A stretch of DNA of 64,000 bases from Auanema rhodensis (taxonomy: Eukaryota > Animalia > Nematoda): the NCBI GenBank assembly GCA_964057225.1, contig OZ059900.1:18352001-18416000 (forward strand). The letters run 5' to 3'. A program made the position numbers and the translations under genes. Below, in pieces: positions 14,001 through 27,180 of this stretch. Below the pieces are notes generated by a model that was not told where the DNA came from, searched no databases, and saw only the letters and a list, made by a program, of their open reading frames with translations. Each line of letters starts with the position of its first letter. Position 1 is the stretch's first letter.

Positions 14001-17000
14001 ATTAGCATATTCTGAGAGCACGCCCTTTATGGCTAATATTGATTAAATCGATTTTTGTTCATATGAGTCGTCAAATGCAACGAATTTCAGCGTGTTACAT
14101 ACTAAAATGAAGCATTTTACATGCTGAACGCTAGAAAAATACAAAAACACAGTATTTCCCATGAGAAATATTTTATTATGCTGGAAAACCAGTTTTTGGA
14201 AATTTCGCTGTAAACAAGGTTTTGACTTGCGATTTCATGTGTTCAAACTCATGCAATGTCAAAGAAACCTAGCTCAAAATTGTTCCTACAACGTCTAGTT
14301 CCACGTTCACGACAAAAAAACAAGGGTTAGAAAATTAAGGAAATTAGCATATTCTGAGGGCACGCCCCTTATGGCTAATATTGATTAAATCGATTTTTGT
14401 TCATATGAGTCGTCAAATGCAACGAATTTCAGCGTGTTACATACTAAAATGAAGCATTTTACTTGCTGAACACTAGAAAAATACAAAAACATAGTATTTC
14501 CCATGAGAAATATTTTATTATGCTGGAAAACCAGTTTTTGGAAATTTCGCTGTAAACAAGGTTTTGACTTACGATTTCATGTGTTCAAACTCATGCAATG
14601 TCAATGAAACCTAGCTCAAAATTGTTCCTACAACGTCTAGTTCCACTTTCACGACAAAAAAACAGGGGTTAGAAAATTAAGGAAATTAGCATATTCTGAG
14701 GGCACGCCCCTTATGGCTAATATTGATTAAATCGATTTTTGTTCATATGAGTCGTCAAATGCAACGAATTTCAGCGTGTTACATACTAAAATGAAGCATT
14801 TTACATGCTGAACGCTAGAAAAATACAAAAACACAGTATTTCCCATGAGAAATATTTTATTATGCTGGAAAACCAGTTTTTGGAAATTTCGCTGTAAACA
14901 AGGTTTTGACTTACGATTTCATGTGTTCAAACTCATGCAATGTCAATGAAACCTAGCTCAAAATTGTTCGTACAACGTCTAGTTCCACTTTCACGACAAA
15001 AAAACAGGGGTTAGAAAATTAAGGAAATTAGCATATTCTGAGGGCACGCCCTTTATGGCTAATATTGATTAAATCGATTTTTGTTCATATGAGTCGTCAA
15101 ATGCAACGAATTTCAGCGTGTTACATACTAAAATGAAGCATTTTACATGCTGAACGCTAGAAAAATACAAAAACACAGTATTTCCCATGAGAAATATTTT
15201 ATTATGCTGGAAAACCAGTTTTTGGAAATTTCGCTGTAAACAAGGTTTTGACTTACGATTTCATGTGTTCAAACTCATGCAATGTCAATGAAACCTAGCT
15301 CAAAATTGTTCCTACAACGTCTAGTTCCACTTTCACGACAAAAAAACAGGGGTTAGAAAATTAAGGAAATTAGCATATTCTGAGGGCACGCCCCTTATGG
15401 CTAATATTGATTAAATCGATTTTTGTTCATATGAGTCGTCAAATGCAACGAATTTCAGCGTGTTACATACTAAAATGAAGCATTTTACATGCTGAACACT
15501 AGAAAAATACAAAAACACAGTATTTCCCATGAGAAATATTTTATTATGCTGGAAAACCAGTTTTTGGAAATTTCGCTGTAAACAAGGTTTTGACTTACGA
15601 TTTCATGTGTTCAAACTCATGCAATGTCAATGAAACCTAGCTCAAAATTGTTCGTACAACGTCTAGTTCCACTTTCACGACAAAAAACAGGGGTTAGAAA
15701 ATTAAGGAAATTAGCATATTCTGAGGGCACGCCCCTTATGGCTAATATTGATTAAATCGATTTTTGTTCATATGAGTCGTCAAATGCAACGAATTTCAGC
15801 GTGTTACATACTAAAATGAAGCATTTTACATGCTGAACACTAGAAAAATACAAAAACACAGTATTTCCCATGAGAAATATTTTATTATGCTGGAAAACCA
15901 GTTTTTGGAAATTTCGCTGTAAACAAGGTTTTGACTTACGATTTCATGTGTTCAAACTCATGCAATGTCAATGAAACCTAGCTCAAAATTGTTCGTACAA
16001 CGTCTAGTTCCACTTTCACGACAAAAAACAGGGGTTAGAAAATTAAGGAAATTAGCATATTCTGAGGGCACGCCCTTTATGGCTAATATTGATTAAATCG
16101 ATTTTTGTTCATATGAGTCGTCAAATGCAACGAATTTCAGCGTGTTACATACTAAAATGAAGCATTTTACATGCTGAACGCTAGAAAAATACAAAAACAC
16201 AGTATTACCCATGAGAAATATTTTATTATGCTGGAAAACCAGTTTTTGGAAATTTCGCTGTAAACAAGGTTTTGACTTACGATTTCATGTGTTCAAACTC
16301 ATGCAATGTCAATGAAACCTAGCTCAAAATTGTTCGTACAACGTCTAGTTCCACTTTCACGACAAAAAAACAGGGGTTAGAAAATTAAGGAAATTAGCAT
16401 ATTCTGAGGGCACGCCCCTTATGGCTAATATTGATTAAATCGATTTTTGTTCATATGAGTCGTCAAATGCAACGAATTTCAGCGTGTTACATACTAAAAT
16501 GAAGCATTTTACATGCTGAACGCTAGAAAAATACAAAAACACAGTATTACCCATGAGAAATATTTTATTATGCTGGAAAACCAGTTTTTGGAAATTTCGC
16601 TGTAAACAAGGTTTTGACTTACGATTTCATGTGTTCAAACTCATGCAATGTCAATGAAACCTAGCTCAAAATTGTTCCTACAACGTCTAGTTCCACTTTC
16701 ACGACAAAAAAACAGGGGTTAGAAAATTAAGGAAATTAGCATATTCTGAGGGCACGCCCCTTATGGCTAATATTGATTAAATCGATTTTTGTTCATATGA
16801 GTCGTCAAATGCAACGAATTTCAGCGTGTTACATACTAAAATGAAGCATTTTACATGCTGAACACTAGAAAAATATAAAAACACAGTATTTCCCATGAGA
16901 AATATTTTATTATGCTGGAAAACCAGTTTTTGGAAATTTCGCTGTAAACAAGGTTTTGACTTACGATTTCATGTGTTCAAACTCATGCAATGTCAATGAA

Positions 17001-20000
17001 ACCTAGCTCAAAATTGTTCGTACAACGTCTAGTTCCACTTTCACGACAAAAAACAGGGGTTAGAAAATTAAGGAAATTAGCATATTCTGAGGGCACACCC
17101 CTTATGGCTAATATTGATTAAATCGATTTTTGTTCATATGAGTCGTCAAATGCAACGAATTTCAGCGTGTTACATACTAAAATGAAGCATTTTACATGCT
17201 GAACACTAGAAAAATACAAAAACACAGTATTTCCCATGAGAAATATTTTATTATGCTGGAAAACCAGTTTTTGGAAATTTCGCTGTAAACAAGGTTTTGA
17301 CTTACGATTTCATGTGTTCAAACTCATGCAATGTCAATGAAACCTAGCTCAAAATTGTTCGTACAACGTCTAGTTCCACTTTCACGACAAAAAACAGGGG
17401 TTAGAAAATTAAGGAAATTAGCATATTCTGAGGGCACGCCCTTTATGGCTAATATTGATTAAATCGATTTTTGTTCATATGAGTCGTCAAATGCAACGAA
17501 TTTCAGCGTGTTACATACTAAAATGAAGCATTTTACATGCTGAACGCTAGAAAAATACAAAAACACAGTATTACCCATGAGAAATATTTTATTATGCTGG
17601 AAAACCAGTTTTTGGAAATTTCGCTGTAAACAAGGTTTTGACTTACGATTTCATGTGTTCAAACTCATGCAATGTCAATGAAACCTAGCTCAAAATTGTT
17701 CCTACAACGTCTAGTTCCACTTTCACGACAAAAAAACAGGGGTTAGAAAATTAAGGAAATTAGCATATTCTGAGGGCACGCCCCTTATGGCTAATATTGA
17801 TTAAATCGATTTTTGTTCATATGAGTCGTCAAATGCAACGAATTTCAGCGTGTTACATACTTAAATGAAACATTTTACATGCTGAACACTAGAAAAATAC
17901 AAAAACATAGTATTTCCCATGAGAAATATTTTATTATGCTGGAAAACCAGTTTTTGGAAATTTCGCTGTAAACAAGGTTTTGACTTACGATTTCATGTGT
18001 TCAAACTCATGCAATGTCAATGAAACCTAGCTCAAAATTGTTCGTACAACGTCTAGTTCCACTTTCACGACAAAAAAACAGGGGTTAGAAAATTAAGGAA
18101 ATTAGCATATTCTGAGGGCACGCCCCTTATGGCTAATATTGATTAAATCGATTTTTGTTCATATGAGTCGTCAAATGCAACGAATTTCAGCGTGTTACAT
18201 ACTAAAATAAAGCATTTTACATGCTGAACACTAGAAAAATACAAAAACACAGTATTTCCCATGAGAAATATTTTATTATGCTGGAAAACCAGTTTTTGGA
18301 AATTTCGCTGTAAACAAGGTTTTGACTTACGATTTCATGTGTTCAAACTCATGCAATGTCAATGAAACCTAGCTCAAAATTGTTCGTACAACGTCTAGTT
18401 CCACTTTCACGACAAAAAAACAGGGGTTAGAAAATTAAGGAAATTAGCATATTCTGAGGGCACACCCTTTATGGCTAATATTGATTAAATCGATTTTTGT
18501 TCATATGAGTCGTCAAATGCAACGAATTTCAGCGTGTTACATACTAAAATGAAGCATTTTACATGCTGAACGCTAGAAAAATACAAAAACACAGTATTTC
18601 CCATGAGAAATATTTTATTATGCTGGAAAACCAGTTTTTGGAAATTTCGCTGTAAACAAGGTTTTGACTTACGATTTCATGTGTTCAAACTCATGCAATG
18701 TCAATGAAACCTAGCTCAAAATTGTTCCTACAACGTCTAGTTCCACTTTCACGACAAAAAAACAGGGGTTAGAAAATTAAGGAAATTAGCATATTCTGAG
18801 GGCACGCCCCTTATGGCTAATATTGATTAAATCGATTTTTGTTCATATGAGTCGTCAAATGCAACGAATTTCAGCGTGTCACATACTAAAATGAAGCATT
18901 TTACATGCTGAACGCTAGAAAAATACAAAAACACAGTATTTCCCATGAGAAATATTTTATTATGCTGGAAAACCAGTTTTTGGAAATTTCGCTGTAAACA
19001 AGGTTTTGACTTACGATTTCATGTGTTCAAACTCATGCAATGTCAATGAAACCTAGCTCAAAATTGTTCCTACAACGTCTAGTTCCACTTTCACGACAAA
19101 AAAACAGGGGTTAGAAAATTAAGGAAATTAGCATATTCTGAGAGCACGCCCTTTATGGCTAATATTGATTAAATCGATTTTTGTTCATATGAGTCGTCAA
19201 ATGCAACGAATTTCAGCGTGTTACATACTAAAATGAAGCATTTTACATGCTGAACGCTAGAAAAATACAAAAACACAGTATTTCCCATGAGAAATATTTT
19301 ATTATGCTGGAAAACCAGTTTTTGGAAATTTCGCTGTAAACAAGGTTTTGACTTGCGATTTCATGTGTTCAAACTCATGCAATGTCAAAGAAACCTAGCT
19401 CAAAATTGTTCCTACAACGTCTAGTTCCACGTTCACGACAAAAAAACAAGGGTTAGAAAATTAAGGAAATTAGCATATTCTGAGGGCACGCCCCTTATGG
19501 CTAATATTGATTAAATCGATTTTTGTTCATATGAGTCGTCAAATGCAACGAATTTCAGCGTGTTACATACTAAAATGAAGCATTTTACTTGCTGAACACT
19601 AGAAAAATACAAAAACATAGTATTTCCCATGAGAAATATTTTATTATGCTGGAAAACCAGTTTTTGGAAATTTCGCTGTAAACAAGGTTTTGACTTACGA
19701 TTTCATGTGTTCAAACTCATGCAATGTCAATGAAACCTAGCTCAAAATTGTTCCTACAACGTCTAGTTCCACTTTCACGACAAAAAAACAGGGGTTAGAA
19801 AATTAAGGAAATTAGCATATTCTGAGGGCACGCCCCTTATGGCTAATATTGATTAAATCGATTTTTGTTCATATGAGTCGTCAAATGCAACGAATTTCAG
19901 CGTGTTACATACTAAAATGAAGCATTTTACATGCTGAACGCTAGAAAAATACAAAAACACAGTATTTCCCATGAGAAATATTTTATTATGCTGGAAAACC

Positions 20001-23000
20001 AGTTTTTGGAAATTTCGCTGTAAACAAGGTTTTGACTTACGATTTCATGTGTTCAAACTCATGCAATGTCAATGAAACCTAGCTCAAAATTGTTCGTACA
20101 ACGTCTAGTTCCACTTTCACGACAAAAAAACAGGGGTTAGAAAATTAAGGAAATTAGCATATTCTGAGGGCACGCCCTTTATGGCTAATATTGATTAAAT
20201 CGATTTTTGTTCATATGAGTCGTCAAATGCAACGAATTTCAGCGTGTTACATACTAAAATGAAGCATTTTACATGCTGAACGCTAGAAAAATACAAAAAC
20301 ACAGTATTTCCCATGAGAAATATTTTATTATGCTGGAAAACCAGTTTTTGGAAATTTCGCTGTAAACAAGGTTTTGACTTACGATTTCATGTGTTCAAAC
20401 TCATGCAATGTCAATGAAACCTAGCTCAAAATTGTTCCTACAACGTCTAGTTCCACTTTCACGACAAAAAAACAGGGGTTAGAAAATTAAGGAAATTAGC
20501 ATATTCTGAGGGCACGCCCCTTATGGCTAATATTGATTAAATCGATTTTTGTTCATATGAGTCGTCAAATGCAACGAATTTCAGCGTGTTACATACTAAA
20601 ATGAAGCATTTTACATGCTGAACACTAGAAAAATACAAAAACACAGTATTTCCCATGAGAAATATTTTATTATGCTGGAAAACCAGTTTTTGGAAATTTC
20701 GCTGTAAACAAGGTTTTGACTTACGATTTCATGTGTTCAAACTCATGCAATGTCAATGAAACCTAGCTCAAAATTGTTCGTACAACGTCTAGTTCCACTT
20801 TCACGACAAAAAACAGGGGTTAGAAAATTAAGGAAATTAGCATATTCTGAGGGCACGCCCCTTATGGCTAATATTGATTAAATCGATTTTTGTTCATATG
20901 AGTCGTCAAATGCAACGAATTTCAGCGTGTTACATACTAAAATGAAGCATTTTACATGCTGAACACTAGAAAAATACAAAAACACAGTATTTCCCATGAG
21001 AAATATTTTATTATGCTGGAAAACCAGTTTTTGGAAATTTCGCTGTAAACAAGGTTTTGACTTACGATTTCATGTGTTCAAACTCATGCAATGTCAATGA
21101 AACCTAGCTCAAAATTGTTCGTACAACGTCTAGTTCCACTTTCACGACAAAAAACAGGGGTTAGAAAATTAAGGAAATTAGCATATTCTGAGGGCACGCC
21201 CTTTATGGCTAATATTGATTAAATCGATTTTTGTTCATATGAGTCGTCAAATGCAACGAATTTCAGCGTGTTACATACTAAAATGAAGCATTTTACATGC
21301 TGAACGCTAGAAAAATACAAAAACACAGTATTACCCATGAGAAATATTTTATTATGCTGGAAAACCAGTTTTTGGAAATTTCGCTGTAAACAAGGTTTTG
21401 ACTTACGATTTCATGTGTTCAAACTCATGCAATGTCAATGAAACCTAGCTCAAAATTGTTCGTACAACGTCTAGTTCCACTTTCACGACAAAAAAACAGG
21501 GGTTAGAAAATTAAGGAAATTAGCATATTCTGAGGGCACGCCCCTTATGGCTAATATTGATTAAATCGATTTTTGTTCATATGAGTCGTCAAATGCAACG
21601 AATTTCAGCGTGTTACATACTAAAATGAAACATTTTACATGCTGAACACTAGAAAAATACAAAAACACAGTATTTCCCATGAGAAATATTTTATTATGCT
21701 GGAAAACCAGTTTTTGGAAATTTCGCTGTAAACAAGGTTTTGACTTACGATTTCATGTGTTCAAACTCATGCAATGTCAATGAAACCTAGCTCAAAATTG
21801 TTCGTACAACGTCTAGTTCCACTTTCACGACAAAAAACAGGGGTTAGAAAATTAAGGAAATTAGCATATTCTGAGGGCACGCCCCTTATGGCTAATATTG
21901 ATTAAATCGATTTTTGTTCATATGAGTCGTCAAATGCAACGAATTTCAGCGTGTTACATACTAAAATGAAGCATTTTACATGCTGAACACTAGAAAAATA
22001 CAAAAACACAGTATTTCCCATGAGAAATATTTTATTATGCTGGAAAACCAGTTTTTGGAAATTTCGCTGTAAACAAGGTTTTGACTTACGATTTCATGTG
22101 TTCAAACTCATGCAATGTCAATGAAACCTAGCTCAAAATTGTTCGTACAACGTCTAGTTCCACTTTCACGACAAAAAACAGGGGTTAGAAAATTAAGGAA
22201 ATTAGCATATTCTGAGGGCACGCCCTTTATGGCTAATATTGATTAAATCGATTTTTGTTCATATGAGTCGTCAAATGCAACGAATTTCAGCGTGTTACAT
22301 ACTAAAATGAAGCATTTTACATGCTGAACGCTAGAAAAATACAAAAACACAGTATTACCCATGAGAAATATTTTATTATGCTGGAAAACCAGTTTTTGGA
22401 AATTTCGCTGTAAACAAGGTTTTGACTTACGATTTCATGTGTTCAAACTCATGCAATGTCAATGAAACCTAGCTCAAAATTGTTCGTACAACGTCTAGTT
22501 CCACTTTCACGACAAAAAAACAGGGGTTAGAAAATTAAGGAAATTAGCATATTCTGAGGGCACGCCCCTTATGGCTAATATTGATTAAATCGATTTTTGT
22601 TCATATGAGTCGTCAAATGCAACGAATTTCAGCGTGTTACATACTAAAATGAAACATTTTACATGCTGAACACTAGAAAAATACAAAAACACAGTATTTC
22701 CCATGAGAAATATTTTATTATGCTGGAAAACCAGTTTTTGGAAATTTCGCTGTAAACAAGGTTTTGACTTACGATTTCATGTGTTCAAACTCATGCAATG
22801 TCAATGAAACCTAGCTCAAAATTGTTTGTACAACGTCTAGTTCCACTTTCACGACAAAAAAACAGGGGTTAGAAAATTAAGGAAATTAGCATATTCTGAG
22901 GGCACGCCCTTTATGGCTAATATTGATTAAATCGATTTTTGTTCATATGAGTCGTCAAATGCAACGAATTTCAGCGTGTTACATACTAAAATGAAGCATT

Positions 23001-26000
23001 TTACATGCTGAACGCTAGAAAAATACAAAAACACAGTATTTCCCATGAGAAATATTTTATTATGCTGGAAAACCAGTTTTTGGAAATTTCGCTGTAAACA
23101 AGGTTTTGACTTACGATTTCATGTGTTCAAACTCATGCAATGTCAATGAAACCTAGCTCAAAATTGTTCCTACAACGTCTAGTTCCACTTTCACGACAAA
23201 AAAACAGGGGTTAGAAAATTAAGGAAATTAGCATATTCTGAGGGCACGCCCCTTATGGCTAATATTGATTAAATCGATTTTTGTTCATATGAGTCGTCAA
23301 ATGCAACGAATTTCAGCGTGTTACATACTAAAATGAAGCATTTTACATGCTGAACACTAGAAAAATATAAAAACACAGTATTTCCCATGAGAAATATTTT
23401 ATTATGCTGGAAAACCAGTTTTTGGAAATTTCGCTGTAAACAAGGTTTTGACTTACGATTTCATGTGTTCAAACTCATGCAATGTCAATGAAACCTAGCT
23501 CAAAATTGTTCGTACAACGTCTAGTTCCACTTTCACGACAAAAAACAGGGGTTAGAAAATTAAGGAAATTAGCATATTCTGAGGGCACGCCCCTTATGGC
23601 TAATATTGATTAAATCGATTTTTGTTCATATGAGTCGTCAAATGCAACGAATTTCAGCGTGTTACATACTAAAATGAAGCATTTTACATGCTGAACACTA
23701 GAAAAATACAAAAACACAGTATTTCCCATGAGAAATATTTTATTATGCTGGAAAACCAGTTTTTGGAAATTTCGCTGTAAACAAGGTTTTGACTTACGAT
23801 TTCATGTGTTCAAACTCATGCAATGTCAATGAAACCTAGCTCAAAATTGTTCGTACAACGTCTAGTTCCACTTTCACGACAAAAAACAGGGGTTAGAAAA
23901 TTAAGGAAATTAGCATATTCTGAGGGCACGCCCTTTATGGCTAATATTGATTAAATCGATTTTTGTTCATATGAGTCGTCAAATGCAACGAATTTCAGCG
24001 TGTTACATACTAAAATGAAGCATTTCACATTCTGAACGCTAGAAAAATACAAAAACACAGTATTACCCATGAGAAATATTTTATTATGCTGGAAAACCAG
24101 TTTTTGGAAATTTCGCTGTAAACAAGGTTTTGACTTACGATTTCATGTGTTCAAACTCATGCAATGTCAATGAAACCTAGCTCAAAATTGTTCGTACAAC
24201 GTCTAGTTCCACTTTCACGACAAAAAAACAGGGGTTAGAAAATTAAGGAAATTAGCATATTCTGAGGGCACACCCTTTATGGCTAATATTGATTAAATCG
24301 ATTTTTGTTCATATGAGTCGTCAAATGCAACGAATTTCAGCGTGTTACATACTAAAATGAAGCATTTTACATGCTGAACGCTAGAAAAATACAAAAACAC
24401 AGTATTTCCCATGAGAAATATTTTATTATGCTGGAAAACCAGTTTTTGGAAATTTCGCTGTAAACAAGGTTTTGACTTACGATTTCATGTGTTCAAACTC
24501 ATGCAATGTCAATGAAACCTAGCTCAAAATTGTTCCTACAACGTCTAGTTCCACTTTCACGACAAAAAAACAGGGGTTAGAAAATTAAGGAAATTAGCAT
24601 ATTCTGAGAGCACGCCCTTTATGGCTAATATTGATTAAATCGATTTTTGTTCATATGAGTCGTCAAATGCAACGAATTTCAGCGTGTTACATACTAAAAT
24701 GAAGCATTTTACATGCTGAACACTAGAAAAATACAAAAACACAGTATTTCCCATGAGAAATATTTTATTATGCTGGAAAACCAGTTTTTGGAAATTTCGC
24801 TGTAAACAAGGTTTTGACTTACGATTTCATGTGTTCAAACTCATGCAATGTCAATGAAACCTAGCTCAAAATTGTTCGTACAACGTCTAGTTCCACTTTC
24901 ACGACAAAAAACAGGGGTTAGAAAATTAAGGAAATTAGCATATTCTGAGGGCACGCCCCTTATGGCTAATATTGATTAAATCGATTTTTGTTCATATGAG
25001 TCGTCAAATGCAACGAATTTCAGCGTGTTACATACTAAAATGAAGCATTTTACATGCTGAACACTAGAAAAATACAAAAACACAGTATTTCCCATGAGAA
25101 ATATTTTATTATGCTGGAAAACCAGTTTTTGGAAATTTCGCTGTAAACAAGGTTTTGACTTACGATTTCATGTGTTCAAACTCATGCAATGTCAATGAAA
25201 CCTAGCTCAAAATTGTTCCTACAACGTCTAGTTCCACTTTCACGACAAAAAAACAGGGGTTAGAAAATTAAGGAAATTAGCATATTCTGAGGGCACGCCC
25301 CTTATGGCTAATATTGATTAAATCGATTTTTGTTCATATGAGTCGTCAAATGCAACGAATTTCAGCGTGTCACATACTAAAATGAAGCATTTTACATGCT
25401 GAACGCTAGAAAAATACAAAAACACAGTATTTCCCATGAGAAATATTTTATTATGCTGGAAAACCAGTTTTTGGAAATTTCGCTGTAAACAAGGTTTTGA
25501 CTTACGATTTCATGTGTTCAAACTCATGCAATGTCAATGAAACCTAGCTCAAAATTGTTCCTACAACGTCTAGTTCCACTTTCACGACAAAAAAACAAGG
25601 GTTAGAAAATTAAGGAAATTAGCATATTCTGAGAGCACGCCCTTTATGGCTAATATTGACTAAATCGATTTTTGTTCATATGAGTCGTCAAATGCAACGA
25701 ATTTCAGCGTGTTACATACTAAAATGAAGCATTTTACATGCTGAACACTAGAAAAATACAAAAACATAGTATTTCCCATGAGAAATATTTTATTATGCTG
25801 GAAAACCAGTTTTTGGAAATTTCGCTGTAAACAAGGTTTTGACTTACGATTTCATGTGTTCAAACTCATGCAATGTCAATGAAACCTAGCTCAAAATTGT
25901 TCCTACAACGTCTAGTTCCACTTTCACGACAAAAAAACAGGGGTTAGAAAATTAAGGAAATTAGCATATTCTGAGGGCACGCCCCTTATGGCTAATATTG

Positions 26001-27180
26001 ATTAAATCGATTTTTGTTCATATGAGTCGTCAAATGCAACGAATTTCAGCGTGTTACATACTAAAATGAAGCATTTTACATGCTGAACACTAGAAAAATA
26101 CAAAAACACAGTATTTCCCATGAGAAATATTTTATTATGCTGGAAAACCAGTTTTTGGAAATTTCGCTGTAAACAAGGTTTTGACTTACGATTTCATGTG
26201 TTCAAACTCATGCAATGTCAATGAAACCTAGCTCAAAATTGTTCGTACAACGTCTAGTTCCACTTTCACGACAAAAAACAGGGGTTAGAAAATTAAGGAA
26301 ATTAGCATATTCTGAGGGCACGCCCCTTATGGCTAATATTGATTAAATCGATTTTTGTTCATATGAGTCGTCAAATGCAACGAATTTCAGCGTGTTACAT
26401 ACTAAAATGAAGCATTTTACATGCTGAACGCTAGAAAAATACAAAAACACAGTATTTCCCATGAGAAATATTTTATTATGCTGGAAAACCAGTTTTTGGA
26501 AATTTCGCTGTAAACAAGGTTTTGACTTACGATTTCATGTGTTCAAACTCATGCAATGTCAATGAAACCTAGCTCAAAATTGTTCCTACAACGTCTAGTT
26601 CCACTTTCACGACAAAAAAACCGGGGTTAGAAAATTAAGGAAATTAGCATATTCTGAGGGCACGCCCTTTATGGCTAATATTGATTAAATCGATTTTTGT
26701 TCATATGAGTCGTCAAATGCAACGAATTTCAGCGTGTTACATACTAAAATGAAGCATTTTACATGCTGAACACTAGAAAAATACAAAAACACAGTATTTC
26801 CCATGAGAAATATTTTATTATGCTGGAAAACCAGTTTTTGGAAATTTCGCTGTAAACAAGGTTTTGACTTACGATTTCATGTGTTCAAACTCATGCAATG
26901 TCAATGAAACCTAGCTCAAAATTGTTCCTACAACGTCTAGTTCCACTTTCACGACAAAAAAACCGGGGTTAGAAAATTAAGGAAATTAGCATATTCTGAG
27001 GGCACGCCCTTTATGGCTAATATTGATTAAATCGATTTTTGTTCATATGAGTCGTCAAATGCAACGAATTTCAGCGTGTTACATACTAAAATGAAGCATT
27101 TTACATGCTGAACACTAGAAAAATACAAAAACACAGTATTTCCCATGAGAAATATTTTATTATGCTGGAAAACCAGTTTT
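11100..27180. repeat. Large tandem duplication, copy 1 (47 monomers, 16,060 bp; boundaries +/- about 90 bp)
   Basis: Rare variants recur at offset 16060 (11209/27269 TTTGTAC; 14229/30289 CTTGCG), then at offset 15719 (19355/35074; 24026/39745 TTTCACATTC; 25660/41379 TTGACT; 26622/42341 ACCGGGG). Confidence 0.92.
11628..21537. repeat. Nested 15-monomer higher-order duplication (period 5126 bp) inside copy 1
   Basis: The AATATAAA monomer starts at 11628 and 16754; the CTTGCG/CCACGTTC/CAAGGG monomer at 14020 and 19146; the ACTTAAATGAAAC monomer at 12652 and 17778. All offsets are 5126 = 15x342-4. Confidence 0.92.
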
